From positions 53,816,001 to 53,880,000 of the forward strand of contig NC_043005.1 of assembly GCF_006345805.1 (NCBI RefSeq): a stretch of DNA of 64,000 nucleotides, given 5' to 3'. Positions 1 through 13,565 of this stretch are shown here, one piece after another. Position 1 is the stretch's first letter. Each line of letters begins with the position of its first letter. The notes under the pieces were generated by a model, which was not told where the DNA came from, searched no databases, and worked only from the letters and a program-made list of their open reading frames with translations. Source of the DNA: Octopus sinensis. Its lineage: Eukaryota. The translations under genes were made by a program, and so were the position numbers.

Positions 1-175
1 TGATGCCCTTTCTCTCACCAACCCTCACCTCTTTTCAAGAAAGATAATATTTCTCTATGACCGGACACGGTTTTATAGAATATTAGAAATGAATGACACT
101 GCTTGTATGACAGTGAAATTCATTTACATCTGTCATATGCTGCCAAGATAAGGTGACATCACACGTAAACACATC
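1..175. mobile_element. Degenerate interspersed repeat fragment (SINE/RTE-tail-associated family)
   Basis: 'gatgccctttctctcaccaaccctcacct...aagataatattttc' is similar to 28700-28800 in this window; no ORF. Confidence 0.4.
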
Positions 176-251
176 ATCATATACTCGCGCGCGAGCACCC
201 ATGTTTTTAGGAACGGTGAGTCTTGAAGCAAATAATGCTGTACATAATCCC

Positions 252-464
252 TTCTACTAAAGACACAAGGCCTTGAAATTTTGGGAGAGGGGATTAAGTC
301 GATTACATCAACCCCAGTGTTCCATTGTTACTTAATTTATCAGCCCCGAAAAGATGAAAGCCAAAGTCGGTCTCCTCGGAATTTGAACTCAGCCGGTAGC
401 GACGGACAAAATGCTGCTGAACATTTCATCGAGCTTGCTAACGATTCTGCCAGCTCAACGCCTT
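252..464 (-). mobile_element. SINE family A copy (tRNA-type head)
   Basis: Reverse complement of the family A consensus seen at 14159-14395 (ggcggcgagctggcagaa...gagttcaaattcc...gactttgcctttcatc...ctggggtcgatgtaatcgact). Confidence 0.85.
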
Positions 465-680
465 AATAATGCAATACATAATAATGTTTAAATATAGAGT
501 TAAAAACTCTTTGAATAGAAAGATAGGGGCAGATTTCAGTCCTTTTTTCCATTCAAAGGATTCTTGATCTGATATTTACATGCTATTCTTTATAGTTTTG
601 TTTGCATTGAGGTTCATTATTCCATTAAAGAGTTACTTCACATTCTCGAATTTTTAAAATTCCTACGACATCAACAATAT

Positions 681-682
<2 letters not shown>

Positions 683-712
<30 letters not shown>

Positions 713-955
713 TATTATCTCTTAACATCCGTTCTTCATGGGTTGGACAGTTTGACACGAGTTGGCCAGCTGGAGATCTACCCAGGGCTTTATTTATCTG
801 TATTTGGCATGGTTTCTATGGCTGGATGCCTTTTCCAATGCCAACCACTTTGCAGAGTGTACTGAATGCTTTTATGTGGCACTGGATCAAGTGTTTTTAC
901 ATGGTATCAACCCGGACACTTCTGTGTGGTACAGGCATGGGTGCTTTTATGTGGC
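683..955 (-). mobile_element. RTE-tail repeat (family B) with (ATG)n tail
   Basis: (cat)n followed by 'ttaacatccgttcttcatgggttggacagtttgac...ggatgccttttccaatgccaacc'; the same end recurs at 29028-29220, 40985-41285 and 45580-45895. Confidence 0.8.
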
Positions 956-1245
956 ATATATATAATGTACTATTCTGTAATAGTAAGAACTTTGTTTTCT
1001 TTATCATTTTTCGGGTTCTCTAACCTTCTACCTTTCATATCTACTTCTTTCTCACCTTTTCTCGTTTTCCTCTTATCCTATGGTTCCATTTTTAATTCAC
1101 TATGCCATATGAGCAGTGCCTGATGATTGTGCTAGGACACTAGACGTGTTAAAAAATACTGTCTGGCATGTTCTCAGCACATGGAACTGATACTAGCACG
1201 TAGAAACATATATTGCATTTACTAAATATATTATATATATATATA

Positions 1246-1246
1246 C

Positions 1247-1289
<43 letters not shown>
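1246..1289. repeat. (AGAT)n microsatellite
   Basis: Read directly. Confidence 0.95.
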
Positions 1290-1290
<1 letters not shown>

Positions 1291-1694
1291 AGAAAAGAGT
1301 CCATAACCCATTTGTGTTCTTTCTTTGTGTAAACACCATATGTGGAGCTTTCCTGATTTTGTATCTAGAACTGACATTGAATCATGAAGCTGCATGCAGA
1401 TGTACATGGGTATGTAACTTCATGTATACATACTGCTATATATAATTGTGTATATTGATGTGTTCTGTACATGTACATATAAATGTATGAATATGTTCAT
1501 ACATGAACGAGTATATATAAGCTTGTTTGCATATATGGTTCATGCATAGATGAGAGGAACTCCACTCCCACTTGGTGTCCTCAATATCAATTTCAAATTT
1601 GATACACAGCCAGCAATTTTGAAGGAAAGGGTTAAGTCAATTACATTGATCCCAGTATCCAATTAGGAATGACACTGGACGAGGAAACAATAAT

Positions 1695-1804
<110 letters not shown>

Positions 1805-2599
1805 ATACAGACAGAGAAAGAAAGAGATCGAGAGATCAGAGACAGTAAATGGAATTCATGAGATACATTATTCAAATCCTCTACAATTGTTTCAACTCAT
1901 TCTGCACCTGTAACTCATAGGTAAGGTGCTGTGCTTCTCTCTACTTTTGATGACATCAGGTGGCCAAAACCTGTGAACAAGCTTTACACATCATCCTTCA
2001 AAGTTTCTATCCAAATAAAATTTAACTATATATATATATATATATATGAAATGTAGGTTTGGTGATGCAAACAGGAAAAATAGAACTCAAAACATGAGTG
2101 TATGATTTTTATTAATGATTGGCAGAAGTTACAGAGTGACTCAAGAGCCAAGAGTTTTGTGCATTAATATTTATCAAACGTATAAAATGTATGTATGTAT
2201 TTGTGTATTTGTGTGTATATGTGTGCAGTCCTTTATGTTTTTCCTTAATGTATATTAGTGAACAGTAAAAACATCTTTGAGAAGCTAGAAATTCAATCAT
2301 GTCCCTTGTTGTTCAGACCAACAGAAATACAATGAGTCTGTGATTGGGCCCTTGGAAACATGTCAGAAATAACACTATTCCCTAAACTGTTATAAAATAT
2401 AGACAAAGTCAAAATCAGAAAATAACTCCACCAACTTTCTTCCAAATATATTTAGAAGGTTTAAGAAAACCACCATTATGTTAACAGAAGGTTTCAGAAT
2501 AGTAAATCATTTCAAAATTCCATGCATATTTTAAATAACATCAGTAGAAACAAGTCACGTTTTATGTATTCAATTAATTCCTTGAACCGGCTCGTGTTT

Positions 2600-3005
2600 T
2601 ATAAATACATTTTATACCCGGAAAACATTCCGCATTCTGGATATTCTGCTTATTCCAGGAGATATGCCAAGAAACATATCACATTTTATATATTCAGTTT
2701 ATTCCTAGGAACAACCCACATTCTATGTATTCAGTCGATCACAAGAAAGATCCCATATTCTATATAGTCAGTTTATTACAGAGTACATCCCACATTGAAT
2801 ATATCCAGTTTATTCCAGAAAACATCCCACATATTGTATATTCAGTTTATTTGCAAGAAATATCCCATATTCTATATATTTGGTTTATTGCAGGAAACAT
2901 TTCATATGTTATATATTCAAATTATTCTGGGAAACATCCCTTGTTCAATATATCCAGTATTTCCCAGGAAACAACCTACATTCTATATATTCAGTTTCTT
3001 CTGAA
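2600..3005. repeat. Degenerate minisatellite, ~36-37 bp unit, about 11 copies
   Basis: Unit approximates 'tatattcagtttattccaggaaacatcccacattc', repeated head to tail without unique spacers. Confidence 0.85.
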
Positions 3006-3129
3006 AAGCAAGTATTGCAAGTAATTGAAGCTACAGAGGAAAAGCATTAAATGATAATGATGATTGCTTCTAATTTAGCCTGTAGTTTTAAGTGAAGAAT
3101 TTAGTTGATACCACTGGTTCCAGAGCTTT

Positions 3130-3339
3130 AACCTGCAGAGATGCTCTGTGTTTCTTTCAATCAATTTTAAATATAATAAAGAATTTAGTAAAATAACTTA
3201 GTTATCATTAAGCTAGTGTTAGGAACATAAATTGTGACTAAGGTTTGGTGGAAGATTTTAATTCAAAACTTATGAAAACAAGATATTTGTACTACAGTGC
3301 CAGAGCCAGTTTCAGCCAGGTTGGTAACAAAAGGGTTAA
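3130..3339. mobile_element. piggyBac-like MITE fragment ending AAAGGG|TTAA
   Basis: Terminus 'ggtaacaaaagggttaa' has the CCC...GGG end with a TTAA target typical of piggyBac; the same terminus occurs at 19206-19215. Confidence 0.5.
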
Positions 3340-5814
3340 TAGCACTTGATTTTATTGATCCTAGAAGTGTTGAAGATAAAATTGGTCTTCATAGATTTTG
3401 TATTCAGGTGATAGGGAGCTAGAACAAAATACTCTAAAGCATTTTTCTCGATGCCCTGAAGATTCTTCCAGCTCATTGATGCTGATAGTGGTAATGATGA
3501 GGATAAAATAATGATAAAGATTTCTTCCACAGTCGCAAGGCAACTGGTTTGCAAGCCAACAGAATCAACTCCATTATGTTTACTAGCACTTATTGTGTCA
3601 ATTTTACGAGAATAGAATTGAAATTTGACACTTGTAGGATTTGAACTCAGCTTTTTTTAGAGTGTTAATGCTTCTGTAAGAGAAGTACAAACACTGTACA
3701 GCTCTGGATTCAGTTCCCCTCCACTAAACCATGTCTTTTGACATGGCTACTGAGTAAAATAGTCTTGTGAGTTAAACAGAGGGGATGGTTCCTGTTCATT
3801 GGTGATAAGATGAAACCAGTGCTTGTTTGATACTTTTACATTGAAAGCAAATATATACACTTGAAATTCCCTTACCCTTAACTGTAAAAGGTAGTTTTAT
3901 ATTCTAATCTATTTTTTGTTGAGGAGTGTCATGTCTGAAACTACTTTTCATTGAGGTATGCCAAAAGAGTTGCTGAAGAAGTCACAGATGTATGATGAAA
4001 GATTTCCATGCAATGGACATAAGATAAAATAAGAAAAATAACAAGTGAAGAACGAATATATGTTACATGTGTTAAGTTTATTATGACTTGCAGAAAATAC
4101 CAATTCGAGTTTTTTTTTTAGATATTTAGCATCACTACTAGAATAACAATGGAATTTTAATTTTAAAATAAAAGGGTTAAGCACTACCACTAAGTCGTTA
4201 AGTGTCTTTTGTGGTAAACATTTGTAAACAGGACCACAATTTGAGACTCCTTTCTTCCCACCAGTTATTTGAGCCCTAAAAAAAGGGCTTGAGTGCTGCC
4301 TATCTTCTTATAAGATATGAAATAGAAAGAAAGCCTACCTAAAGGAGTTGTTATAGAAAATGACTGTTAGACAATCCAGTTGGGGTTTCAATGCAACCTG
4401 ACTATGAATGTAATAGAGGCACAGATACCAGATTAGTGAATAACAATGCTTAAAAGGAAAATGCACACAGTATGCAACATCAATAATTTTTCTTTGTTCT
4501 ACGATAACAAGAGTGAGAGCCAAATATATGAGAAAAGCTAGAAAGTGTTTGAATTTAGCATAAGAACTAAGAAAATATGTGACATGGAAGTGAAAGGGTA
4601 TCTGTGTTGTCATAAAATCCAACAGAAACAAAATCAAAACAACCTTTTGAGAAACAGAGCGATATTGAAAAGGTGATCTCGATAAACAAAATAGCCAGAA
4701 ATTGTTATTTGTTATTCCTGCAAAGATTATTCTCAAAACATTTGAGAGTTGAGGAGGCTTGTTTTCACTAAATCCCACAAGTTAAATACCTTGACATGGC
4801 CACTGTTGATCTTAGCTACAATAACAATAAGAAGAAGAATGATAATAATAATAATCATAATGATAATAGTAATGGTTGTAACTTCTTTACTGCACCACCA
4901 ACAACAACAACAACAATAATAATAATAATCAATATGCATAATAGTAAGCAATTTTTGCATTAAAAAAAATTCAAACTGTCCAAAAATAGTTTTAGAATTT
5001 GCTACAGTTTTCAGAATGAAAAACAGATTTCCAAAGAAGAATGTTAAGTTGCTTTTCTTAAAATTGTAATCTTTTACTTTTATTATTATTATTATATTCT
5101 TTTTTCTGATTTTTTTTTGTTTTGTTTTACTACTGTTACTTCTGACACTACAACTATTACTATACTATAAATACAACTATTTATAGCTTATTGTTTGTTT
5201 GTTTGTTTTTCTTTTGTAAATTGGTTTTTGATAATTGATATTCATTTTGTGCCAATGGGGAATGATATAGGAAACAAAAGTATCAACTTTTCAAAATACA
5301 AATGAATGGAAGTTAGAATAAAGAAAATGGTAATATCTAAATAATCTGTCTTAAAAAAAATAAAATAAATATATTTTTATATTTATCTTATTTGTTTACT
5401 TATTTACTTTTTGCTTCATAATCTCATGTAGTTGTGGCTATTTGTGAACTTTTCTCAATTTTAGTTGCATTTGGTTGTGCTTTCAGATATCTAATTTCTA
5501 TATTTATTTGTGCAACCATTTAAAGACACTAGGACAGTGTCTGGTATTGGAATTTGTAAAGAATTAAACATGGACAGTAAACTTAATTTGTTGTTCAGTT
5601 CAACATGCGTCCTTGTACATTCGGTGCTTTAGCAGATCCACTCTGTTGCAAGCATTTGGGCCAGGTGACCAGTTAGAGGATTCTTTCCTCACACCTATAT
5701 CAGAGGCCATTTCCTTCCCCACTGGTTTAAAGATTATAAATATATTTTGATGACTAACTTCTAAAATATGTCCTAAGTCCTAAACATCAAATTTAGGTTC
5801 AGACAAGCTGTTCA

Positions 5815-5930
5815 TTATCATCATCACCATCATCATAATTTAACATCTGTTTTCCATGCTGGCATGGATTGTATGCTTTGTCAGGGGTTGGCAGACCACT
5901 GACAAACTGGCTTTTATATGGCAATCTTTG
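5815..5930 (-). mobile_element. RTE-tail repeat (family B) fragment
   Basis: (cat)n followed by 'tttaacatctgttttccatgctggcatggattg'. Confidence 0.7.
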
Positions 5931-6218
5931 TATGTCTTTTAGGGGCAGTTGATCTGCATCAGGAAAGTTCGTTTTGATTGCACAAATCTAGGCCAAACTT
6001 TTTTTTATGGAAGACCAGCTATTGCCCATAAATGCACACCTTCCCTTTCCATACAACTAATGTTGTCCAAGAGATAGGCAGAGGATCCTCCTTTACTCAG
6101 CTTTGTATCTATGTCATTACAGCCATTGCTGTCAGAATGCCGAGAAAAACAGAGCAGATACCACAAGGCATCTCAACAAACACTAACAAGTCTGTGACTG
6201 GTCTGAACTGATACAATA

Positions 6219-7486
6219 CAGGATGTCCCAAAATTAAGATAACCAAATTTTATTCAATTTTGCCAAACCAAAATATTGTTATATTTTGGGTCTGAGCAAT
6301 GCAATGATAAAGTAAACACAATTATGACACTACCACATTTATTCGATATAACCTCCTAGGTTTTGAATCACAGCCTTAAGTCTATGTGTGAATGTTTCAC
6401 ATGCAGCACGCTGCTGTTCTTGCAGAGTTGAAGTTCATTCTTGGCACAGTATTGTCTTCAGAGCATTGAGCAAAGCATGAGGGATGCTCAAAACCCTTGT
6501 CTCTAAAATGGACCAAACAGAGAAATCCAACAGGTTGGGACCAGGGCTTCTTGAGAACTATACATCCTGGCCTATGAAAGGCAGAATGTTTTTCTGAATC
6601 TTGTGTTGTGTCTGTTTGGAAGTGTGGGACGGTGCTGAGTCCTGCTGGAGGCTCCTAGGTATGCCTTGAAAGTGCTCATTCACCCATGGAAGCAGATCAG
6701 CTTCCAAAATATCTCTAACGTATTGCTGGATGTTAACTTTAACACATGAGGGCACAAAAACGAGGTGAGACCTTCCAGTGGCTGTCACTACTGCCCAAAT
6801 TACAACTAACTGTGGATTTTGACGTTGATTTATGAGTCTACCCCTGACGGATCCAGATACACTCCAAAGTCAGTCGTCCTGGTGGCTTACTGCCTGTTTG
6901 ATGACAAATTTCTTTTCATCAGTGAGCCCCAGGTCGGGCAGCATGCCTTCAGCAATCTTATGAAGGTTAATACGACTTCTCTCCAGTCTCATGGTTTTAT
7001 AAACTTGCTCAAGCTCACGATGGTCGATCATCTTGTAGGGGTGGATCCTAAGATCCTCTTTCAGCATTCAATATATCGATGTTCAGCTTATTTTTGCTGT
7101 GGCAGCCAGTTTTCTGGTGAAATGATGAGAATTTCCCTATATCTTTTATCTGGTACTTTTGATAAGCTGAGAGGTCTACACTCCTGTTTTTTGGTCAGGT
7201 CCAAGTATATCAGTGATGGAACCAGTCTCTTGAAATTTTCTGACAATTTTCCAGATTGTTGTTTGGTGGATTTTAAGCTTTTTTACTATAGCTGTATTAC
7301 TTTAGCCTCCTTTGTGAAAGGTTATGATTGTATTTCGGTCTATAGCCATTATCTAATTTATAAATCTGAAATGAAACCAAAAGAAGACACCCTAAGCTGC
7401 TATGATTATAAATAATGTTCATATTCTATCACATTTATTGATAGTTATTAAAGCCTGAAACTTCGGTTGCCTTAATAAATACCCTG
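6219..7486 (-). mobile_element. Decayed Tc1/mariner transposon (maT/DD37D-like)
   Basis: Imperfect TIRs (TA|caggatgtcccaaaattaagataacc ... ggttgccttaataaataccctg|TA). Minus-strand fragments: LKEDLRIHPYK...TDEKKF, LVFVPSCVKVN..QY...LQQDSAPSH, and SPGPNLLDFSVWSILE (the SPDLNPLD motif). Frameshifted. Confidence 0.9.
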
Positions 7487-8717
7487 TATTTATTGCCTCT
7501 GAAAGAGTGAAAGGTAATGTTAACCTCAGCCAGATTTAAATTCCAACTTCAAGGAATCATAAATACTAATTCCATTTAGAGAAGGGCCATTTAACTGACT
7601 GGCATTCAGTCACTCACAGGTATGTTCTGCCCTCTGGCCTGCTGATGGGCCTTTATGTCTCTTCTATTGCTTCTGTAAGTGCCTCTGTTCCCATATTTCC
7701 TCTTGTGTCTCTCTACACTTTGTACCCCTTGTTGCAACCACTCCCAACTGCATTCAAAACATTATGTCTAATGTTTTGTCCCCAGATCATCAGCCCTCTG
7801 GGATCTTCTCCCTGCTCATGTCTTTCCTTTAATGATTCAAAAAGAACTTAATTAAAAGCCATCAAACTCACCATTCTCAGCAAAGGTCATGGGCACTGTC
7901 CCTTCCTCCAGACTCAGACTCAACATTGAAAAGAAATTATCTGGTGATCGAGCTATTCAACCAATTCAATGGGGATCTAAAATACATAACCATCATATGA
8001 CCTTCAAGACCATTCTCTCATTATATTAGGCATCATATATCTAAGACACTTTCTCCTATACATTCTTCCTATTTATGATGAGGAAAGGTATGATTTAAGG
8101 GAGATTTGGCAGCTATTTCTAACAGTGGTAGAGTTTGATACAATGCTAATTATTACCTTACTTTTATAATAGTTTTTACCATTGCTTAGACCCAAATCAA
8201 CTCCAAGTCAGCACTTGTACTGATCATGAAAAATTATTATCAAAGACCTAATTGTGTCCATGCTATTCTTTCTTCAAGATATAAGGAATCAATAATCTCA
8301 TTATTTAACGTTTATCTCTGGTTGTAAGACTATACATCGTCTTTTGGGAGAGACTTCGTTGTTAGTTATAGCAAGTCAAATAAACACATACATGCTCCTG
8401 CATTGGCTGATAACACCCTCATTGTGATATTATTGTTACTGAAAGCTCAGCAAGACCTATGGGGAAAGACATTCTAGCATTGACTATCCAATCTTTTTAA
8501 GGTATTATATATCTAAGAGCACATTGTTCAATGCTTGCTTTTTTATGAGAATAGACATTATTTATTATGATTTATAAGAAATTTAGTTGCTATTTCTAGC
8601 TGACTGACTGGTCACATAGAAGTAATATATGGAGAAAATAATGAAGAAAAGAACAGGTATCAGTTATCTAAGCCAATTATTTCACATTTAATTGTGTATT
8701 GGTGATGATGATGATGA

Positions 8718-8913
8718 TTTCAAATTTTGGCACAAGGCCAGCAAGTTCAAGAGAAGGGATAAGTCAATTACATTGACCCCAGTGTTCAACCCTAAAAGGA
8801 TGAAAGACAAAGTAAACCTTGGCAGAATTTGAAATTTGAACTCATAGCGGAAAGATGGGCGAAATGCCACTAAGCATTTGGCCTAGTATGCTAACAATTC
8901 TGCCAGCTCACTG

Positions 8914-8916
<3 letters not shown>
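8718..8916 (-). mobile_element. SINE family A copy
   Basis: Matches the family A consensus in reverse; abuts (AAT)n. Confidence 0.85.
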
Positions 8917-8955
<39 letters not shown>

Positions 8956-8980
8956 GTCAATTATTAAGATCAGAAACCAT

Positions 8981-9515
8981 GAGTGGATCTCATGGCTTCT
9001 GATCTTAACTAATGGGAAGTTATCATGTACATTGTTTTGTCATGGTATAAAAGATGGGCTACAGCAAATATTCTGCTCCATACCACAGATTTGCTTGTCA
9101 GTTTTTTTACCTTAACTGGTTGAGCATGTCTCTTAGAGGCTGATGATATGTGCATCTCTGATCACGAGCTGAAGTAGTGGGGGAGCATCATAGCCATGTG
9201 TTGAAAGGGATTCTTTGGGGTTTGAATAATTCACCTCTGGAAACAGGTGTTTCATTCAACATCCTTCAACAACCCTTATTCAGGGACCTTTTGAGTGGGA
9301 TGGGTTACTCGACCAGAAGATAATTGTAACTGGGCCCCACCTGCAAGGTCATGTGCTGTTAATCTTGATATGGGTTCACCATGTCGTGCACATATGGTTG
9401 TGATGCATGAGCCTGGAGTACCCTTATCAGACAGGCAGTCTTGATGGGTATACTGGGCTTTGTATATTTTACCCCAGTATCACTTTGATGGCACGCACTG
9501 CTCTCCCACATAATG

Positions 9516-9551
<36 letters not shown>

Positions 9552-9572
9552 TAATAATAATAATAATAATAA
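8981..9572 (+). mobile_element. Interspersed repeat with (TAA)n tail (probable non-LTR 3' end)
   Basis: About 530 bp homologous to the inverted copy at 47560-48135; ends 'tcactttgatggcacgcactgctctccca' followed by (aat)n. Confidence 0.8.
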
Positions 9573-11069
9573 TTCTTTCTTTATTAGCCACAAGGGCTGA
9601 CAAAATAAGACATAATGATAATAATAATGATAATGGCTTGAATTTTGGCATAAGGCAAGTAATTTTGGGACTGGGGTTATGTCATTTACAATAACCTCAG
9701 TACTCAACTAGTTCTTGTTTTAAAAATCAAAAAAAAACAGGGTGGTTATGGCTAGAATGCCCTTTATCATAGGACTGTTTGGTTCTACAAGGAGTGGGGG
9801 GTGGGAAGCTAAACAACAACGACAACAACAGCAACACGTCATTAAATTTATACCTGGTTCTCAATATTTATTACTTGGTTACACCTTCACATTTACTCTG
9901 TCAAAATTGCAATATTTCTTTCAAAAATATATGTAATTAAGTGAACTGCTGCTCATTTTCCCAACATAATTTGTCTTAAATGAAACAGTTTCTAGAAGAA
10001 CAAAACCAAAACCCAAAGCAAATAAATAAATAGATAAAACTAAGACGAAAATAAAGAAAAACAAATAATAGTATGGAGGTTACATCAAAGTAATTATTCA
10101 GATTTAGAATGGTAGTTAATTGTTTTGTTTTGTTTTTTGTTTGTTTTTTTTTTGTATTTTGGTTGCTTCTTCTTCAAGTCTTTTTCTTTCAATGTGGAAG
10201 AATTTATAACAATAAGCTATATAAGAATTGAAGAATTAGCGGGAGTTAAAAAGAAAAGAAACCTCCAGAAAAACAATAACAAAAGCAAAACAAACATGAA
10301 AAATGAAGCAAAATGAAAATGTTTTATTTTTGGCAAGTCTACTAATTAGTATCAAAATTGTCTGAAATGTTGTATAGTGTCTTGGTAGACAGAGACCAGG
10401 AGAAAAGTTTCAAGTAGTTATGAAGAACTTGTTAAAAATCATTGATCAGCATTAGTCTGGAACAAAATAATTTCCCAAACGAGACACTTATAATAAATAG
10501 TTGAATGATGCCTTTATGCGTTAAGTTCCCCTGGAGACTATGCTGCAGATAACTATTTTGAAAGCAATTATAGAGTTGAAGAGTTTGTCTTTCATGAAAA
10601 TAAAACAAACCTTCTCATATATATGTTTATTAAATCACCTATACAGAATTTATCTTATGTTTTTCTTGATATGACTAAACATGGTTGTAAGTTTTTGTAC
10701 TATTGTGCTCGCCCACTCAACTGTAGTCTGGCTTCAGTAGCTGGAATGTGGCCATACTGAGACATGTGCTTCATGGAAGGTTAGGGGGTTTTAGGTGTTT
10801 GTAGAGTACAGGAATGCTGGTTATTGATTCCTGTTTTTGGTTCTGTCATTGAGAACCCAATTTTGGAAACATTTTACTTAAGATTGTCCATCATTTCCTC
10901 CCTTTAAAATTAATAGAAAAATTCTCTCACAGGCATAAACAGTGGATTCGCACTTGTGCTATAGAACTGAAATTACAACCACTACTACTACTATCACCAC
11001 TACTACATATACTAGTCCTACTTTTGTTTGTCACTTTTTTTCTTTTTACCTGTCTTTCTAGTTCTTCAG

Positions 11070-11290
11070 GACAAAAAGCTCCAAAGTGAAACCAAACAAC
11101 AAAAGAAGAAAGAAGAAAGAAAAAAAACACACTCAACACCAGAGCTGAAGATACCTCCAAAAGGAGGGGCTCCACCACGTCGAAAACAGTAGAGGAGTAG
11201 GGGCCAAAACCGGACATGGTTCCTCCTGATGATGTCTTTAGCCATTGGATTCTATAAAGGAGCTGTTGAGGTAGTGAACCACGAAACATG
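11070..11290 (+). pseudogene. Exon-like segment A, unidentified protein, one in-frame TAG
   Basis: Long polypyrimidine tract + cag| acceptor; donor catg|gtagga; 73 codons DKKLQSETK...GGAPPRRKQ*RSRGQNRTWFLLMMSLAIGFYKGAVEVVNHET. No homology recognised. Confidence 0.3.
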
Positions 11291-11979
11291 GTAGGAATTC
11301 CTTACTATGACAGATGTAGCAACTAATCTCTTTGTTCTCTGTCATGAATTTCATAGCTTTTACCTCAGTGTCTTCAACTGGGCACAATTCCAGTATGACT
11401 TTGTGATCTTGTGACCTTTGGAGTCCTTGACCTCATATTGCCTCTCATGAACACTCCTTTAACCACTCCCTCATACACTGATTTAAAAAAATGTCATGTC
11501 AACCCACAGATGCCAAACCACAGAAAGAACCATCATTTCTGATGGTTCTTGTCACCACTCTTATATTTCTTTGTTCCATGTACTGGAGAAAAAATGTATG
11601 AGTGGAAGTGTGTCAAGCAATTCTAGCCTGTGTTTTGGTTGAGTCTTTAGTTTTGAGATTACAGAAATAACACCATAGTTTTTCCTTTCTCAATTGAGGA
11701 GATGTCTGAAGATGTCTTGAAGTAGTTTGCATTCTTGTCATGAGTAATAATTAAATCCATAATGAGCTTTGTATAGACTTTTTCTCATTCTAACGAAAAC
11801 ACTTTCAAAGCATTGGTCAAATGGAGTCTAGAGTAGAAGACAGTTCCCCTAAAAATTAATGACAGTCACTTCCAGAAAAAAAATCCCTTGTACAACACAT
11901 TAAATGGTTTGACTGTTTTATCATAAACTTTTGTAAATTCTAATTAAGTTGAATTTAAATTTTCCTTTATTCATTTATA

Positions 11980-12665
11980 TTATTGATTGCACATTCATAG
12001 TGATTGTGTTTTGTTTAAATGCCCATTTGCTGCGGGATAGTGTCTGGGGAAAGCTGCCTACATGACACCAGGTGTTAAAGAACACTGAATTTCCCAGACC
12101 AGGTGAGACAGCTCACCCCAAATTGGCCAAAAGTGGTAGATATCAATTTTTCAGCATTATTATGGTTCCTCAATACCATATGTCATGATCAACTCGAACC
12201 AAAATGAATTACTGGTTTGAAACTTATAGGAAAATAAAGTGAAGTTTATTTACTGATGTGCTGCAGAGTAGCACATGTGAAGGAAAATGTAATTATAAAT
12301 GAAAAGCAGCTCTAGAAAGGAAAACATTATCTATTCCACATACATAGTGTATATTTTGTTTAAACACCCATGTGCTGTGACATAGAATCCAGAGAAAGCT
12401 CCCTTCATGATGCTCAGTGTTAAAGAACACTGAGTGTCCTAGACTAGGTAAGACAACTCACCCTGAAGTGACCAAGAATGGTATATATTGATATTTTTCC
12501 ATTATTGTGGCTCTGCAATATCATGTACTTAGATTACCTCAAAGTGAAATGAATCACTGGTCTGAGACTTATATGCAAATACTGTGATGTCTATTTGCTG
12601 ATGTGCCAGAGCATAGCATATGTGAAAGACAATAAAATTATAAATTCTAAGTAGCTTTTAATTCA
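11980..12665. repeat. Old tandem duplication, two diverged ~345 bp units
   Basis: Shared anchors ttttgtttaaa, gtgttaaagaacactga, gaaatgaat.actggt, ctgatgtgc and attataaat occur in the same order with ~345 bp offset. Confidence 0.85.
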
Positions 12666-12750
12666 TAATTTAATTAATTTATATAATTCTGAATTTATGG
12701 TATTAAAGGATTCATTCACAACAATTATGCTACAATAACTTTTCTTCATA

Positions 12751-12968
12751 AAGGCGGCAAGCTGGCAGAAATGTTAGAATGCCAGGTGAAATGGTTAGCA
12801 GTATTTCGTCCGTTTTTATGTTCTGAGTTCGAATTCCACTGAGGTTGACTTTGCCCTTCATCCTTTCAGGGGTCGATAAATTAAGTACTAGTTGCATACT
12901 GGGGTTGATCTAATCAACTGGCACCCTCCCCCAAAATTTGAGGTCTTGTACCTAAAGTAGAAAAGAAT
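12751..12968 (+). mobile_element. SINE family A copy
   Basis: 'aaggcggcaagctggcagaaatgttag...gagttcgaattccactgaggttgactttgccc'. Confidence 0.9.
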
Positions 12969-13380
12969 ATTTTTTTCTCCATTCTTAAATGGTTTCAAAT
13001 AGCAAAACACTAGAAGAGAAGAAAATCATATAGGATGATGTTCAATAATTATCAGTTGTCTCACATCTATGTAGATAAAAATGCAAGTATATGTGTGAGC
13101 ATGTATGTCAAAGGCCACAGTGTAGATCAAATCTATAAATAAAATAACTTACATACTTCAACAAGAAGACATTTTTTCCTCAAATTGGTTGTTAGTAGAT
13201 GCAAAATTTTAGTTGAAGATATTTAGTTTTCTTCCTTGCCTTCTGAAATATTTTTAATCAGAGGATATTGGTTAAAATTGGCAAATGTCTGAATAAGAGC
13301 TATTTACTCACAGAAATAAGAATTGTTTCCCCACATGAGAATTATTGTTTTTCTTTCCATTTTTTTTTATTTCTTATCAG

Positions 13381-13479
13381 GCTAAATGCTCATGAGAAGA
13401 TAAATTTGATGTTGAGGTTCAAGTTTGTTCAGCATCATTAGAACATTCATAAGAAGGAGAAGCAAAATGCAGACGAAAT
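13381..13479 (+). pseudogene. Exon-like segment B, one in-frame TAG
   Basis: Strong acceptor 'ccattttttttatttcttatcag|'; phase-compatible with segment A (TG+G gives Trp); LNAHEKINLMLRFKFVQHH*NIHKKEKQNADE; donor weak. Confidence 0.25.
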
Positions 13480-13565
13480 GTAGATGTATAGATAATTAAA
13501 TAAGGTTTAACCCTGCCTTACTGAACTCCATCTGACCCATCCAAGCATGGAATAGCAGACATCAA

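Noticed and set aside
2600-3005. Possible CRISPR-like array
   Set aside because: Units are contiguous and degenerate with no unique spacers, there are no cas genes, and the context is eukaryotic.
6819-7415. Longest ORF in the track (198 aa, + strand)
   Set aside because: It is the antisense shadow of the minus-strand mariner transposase remnant, starts at TTG and has no recognisable domain.
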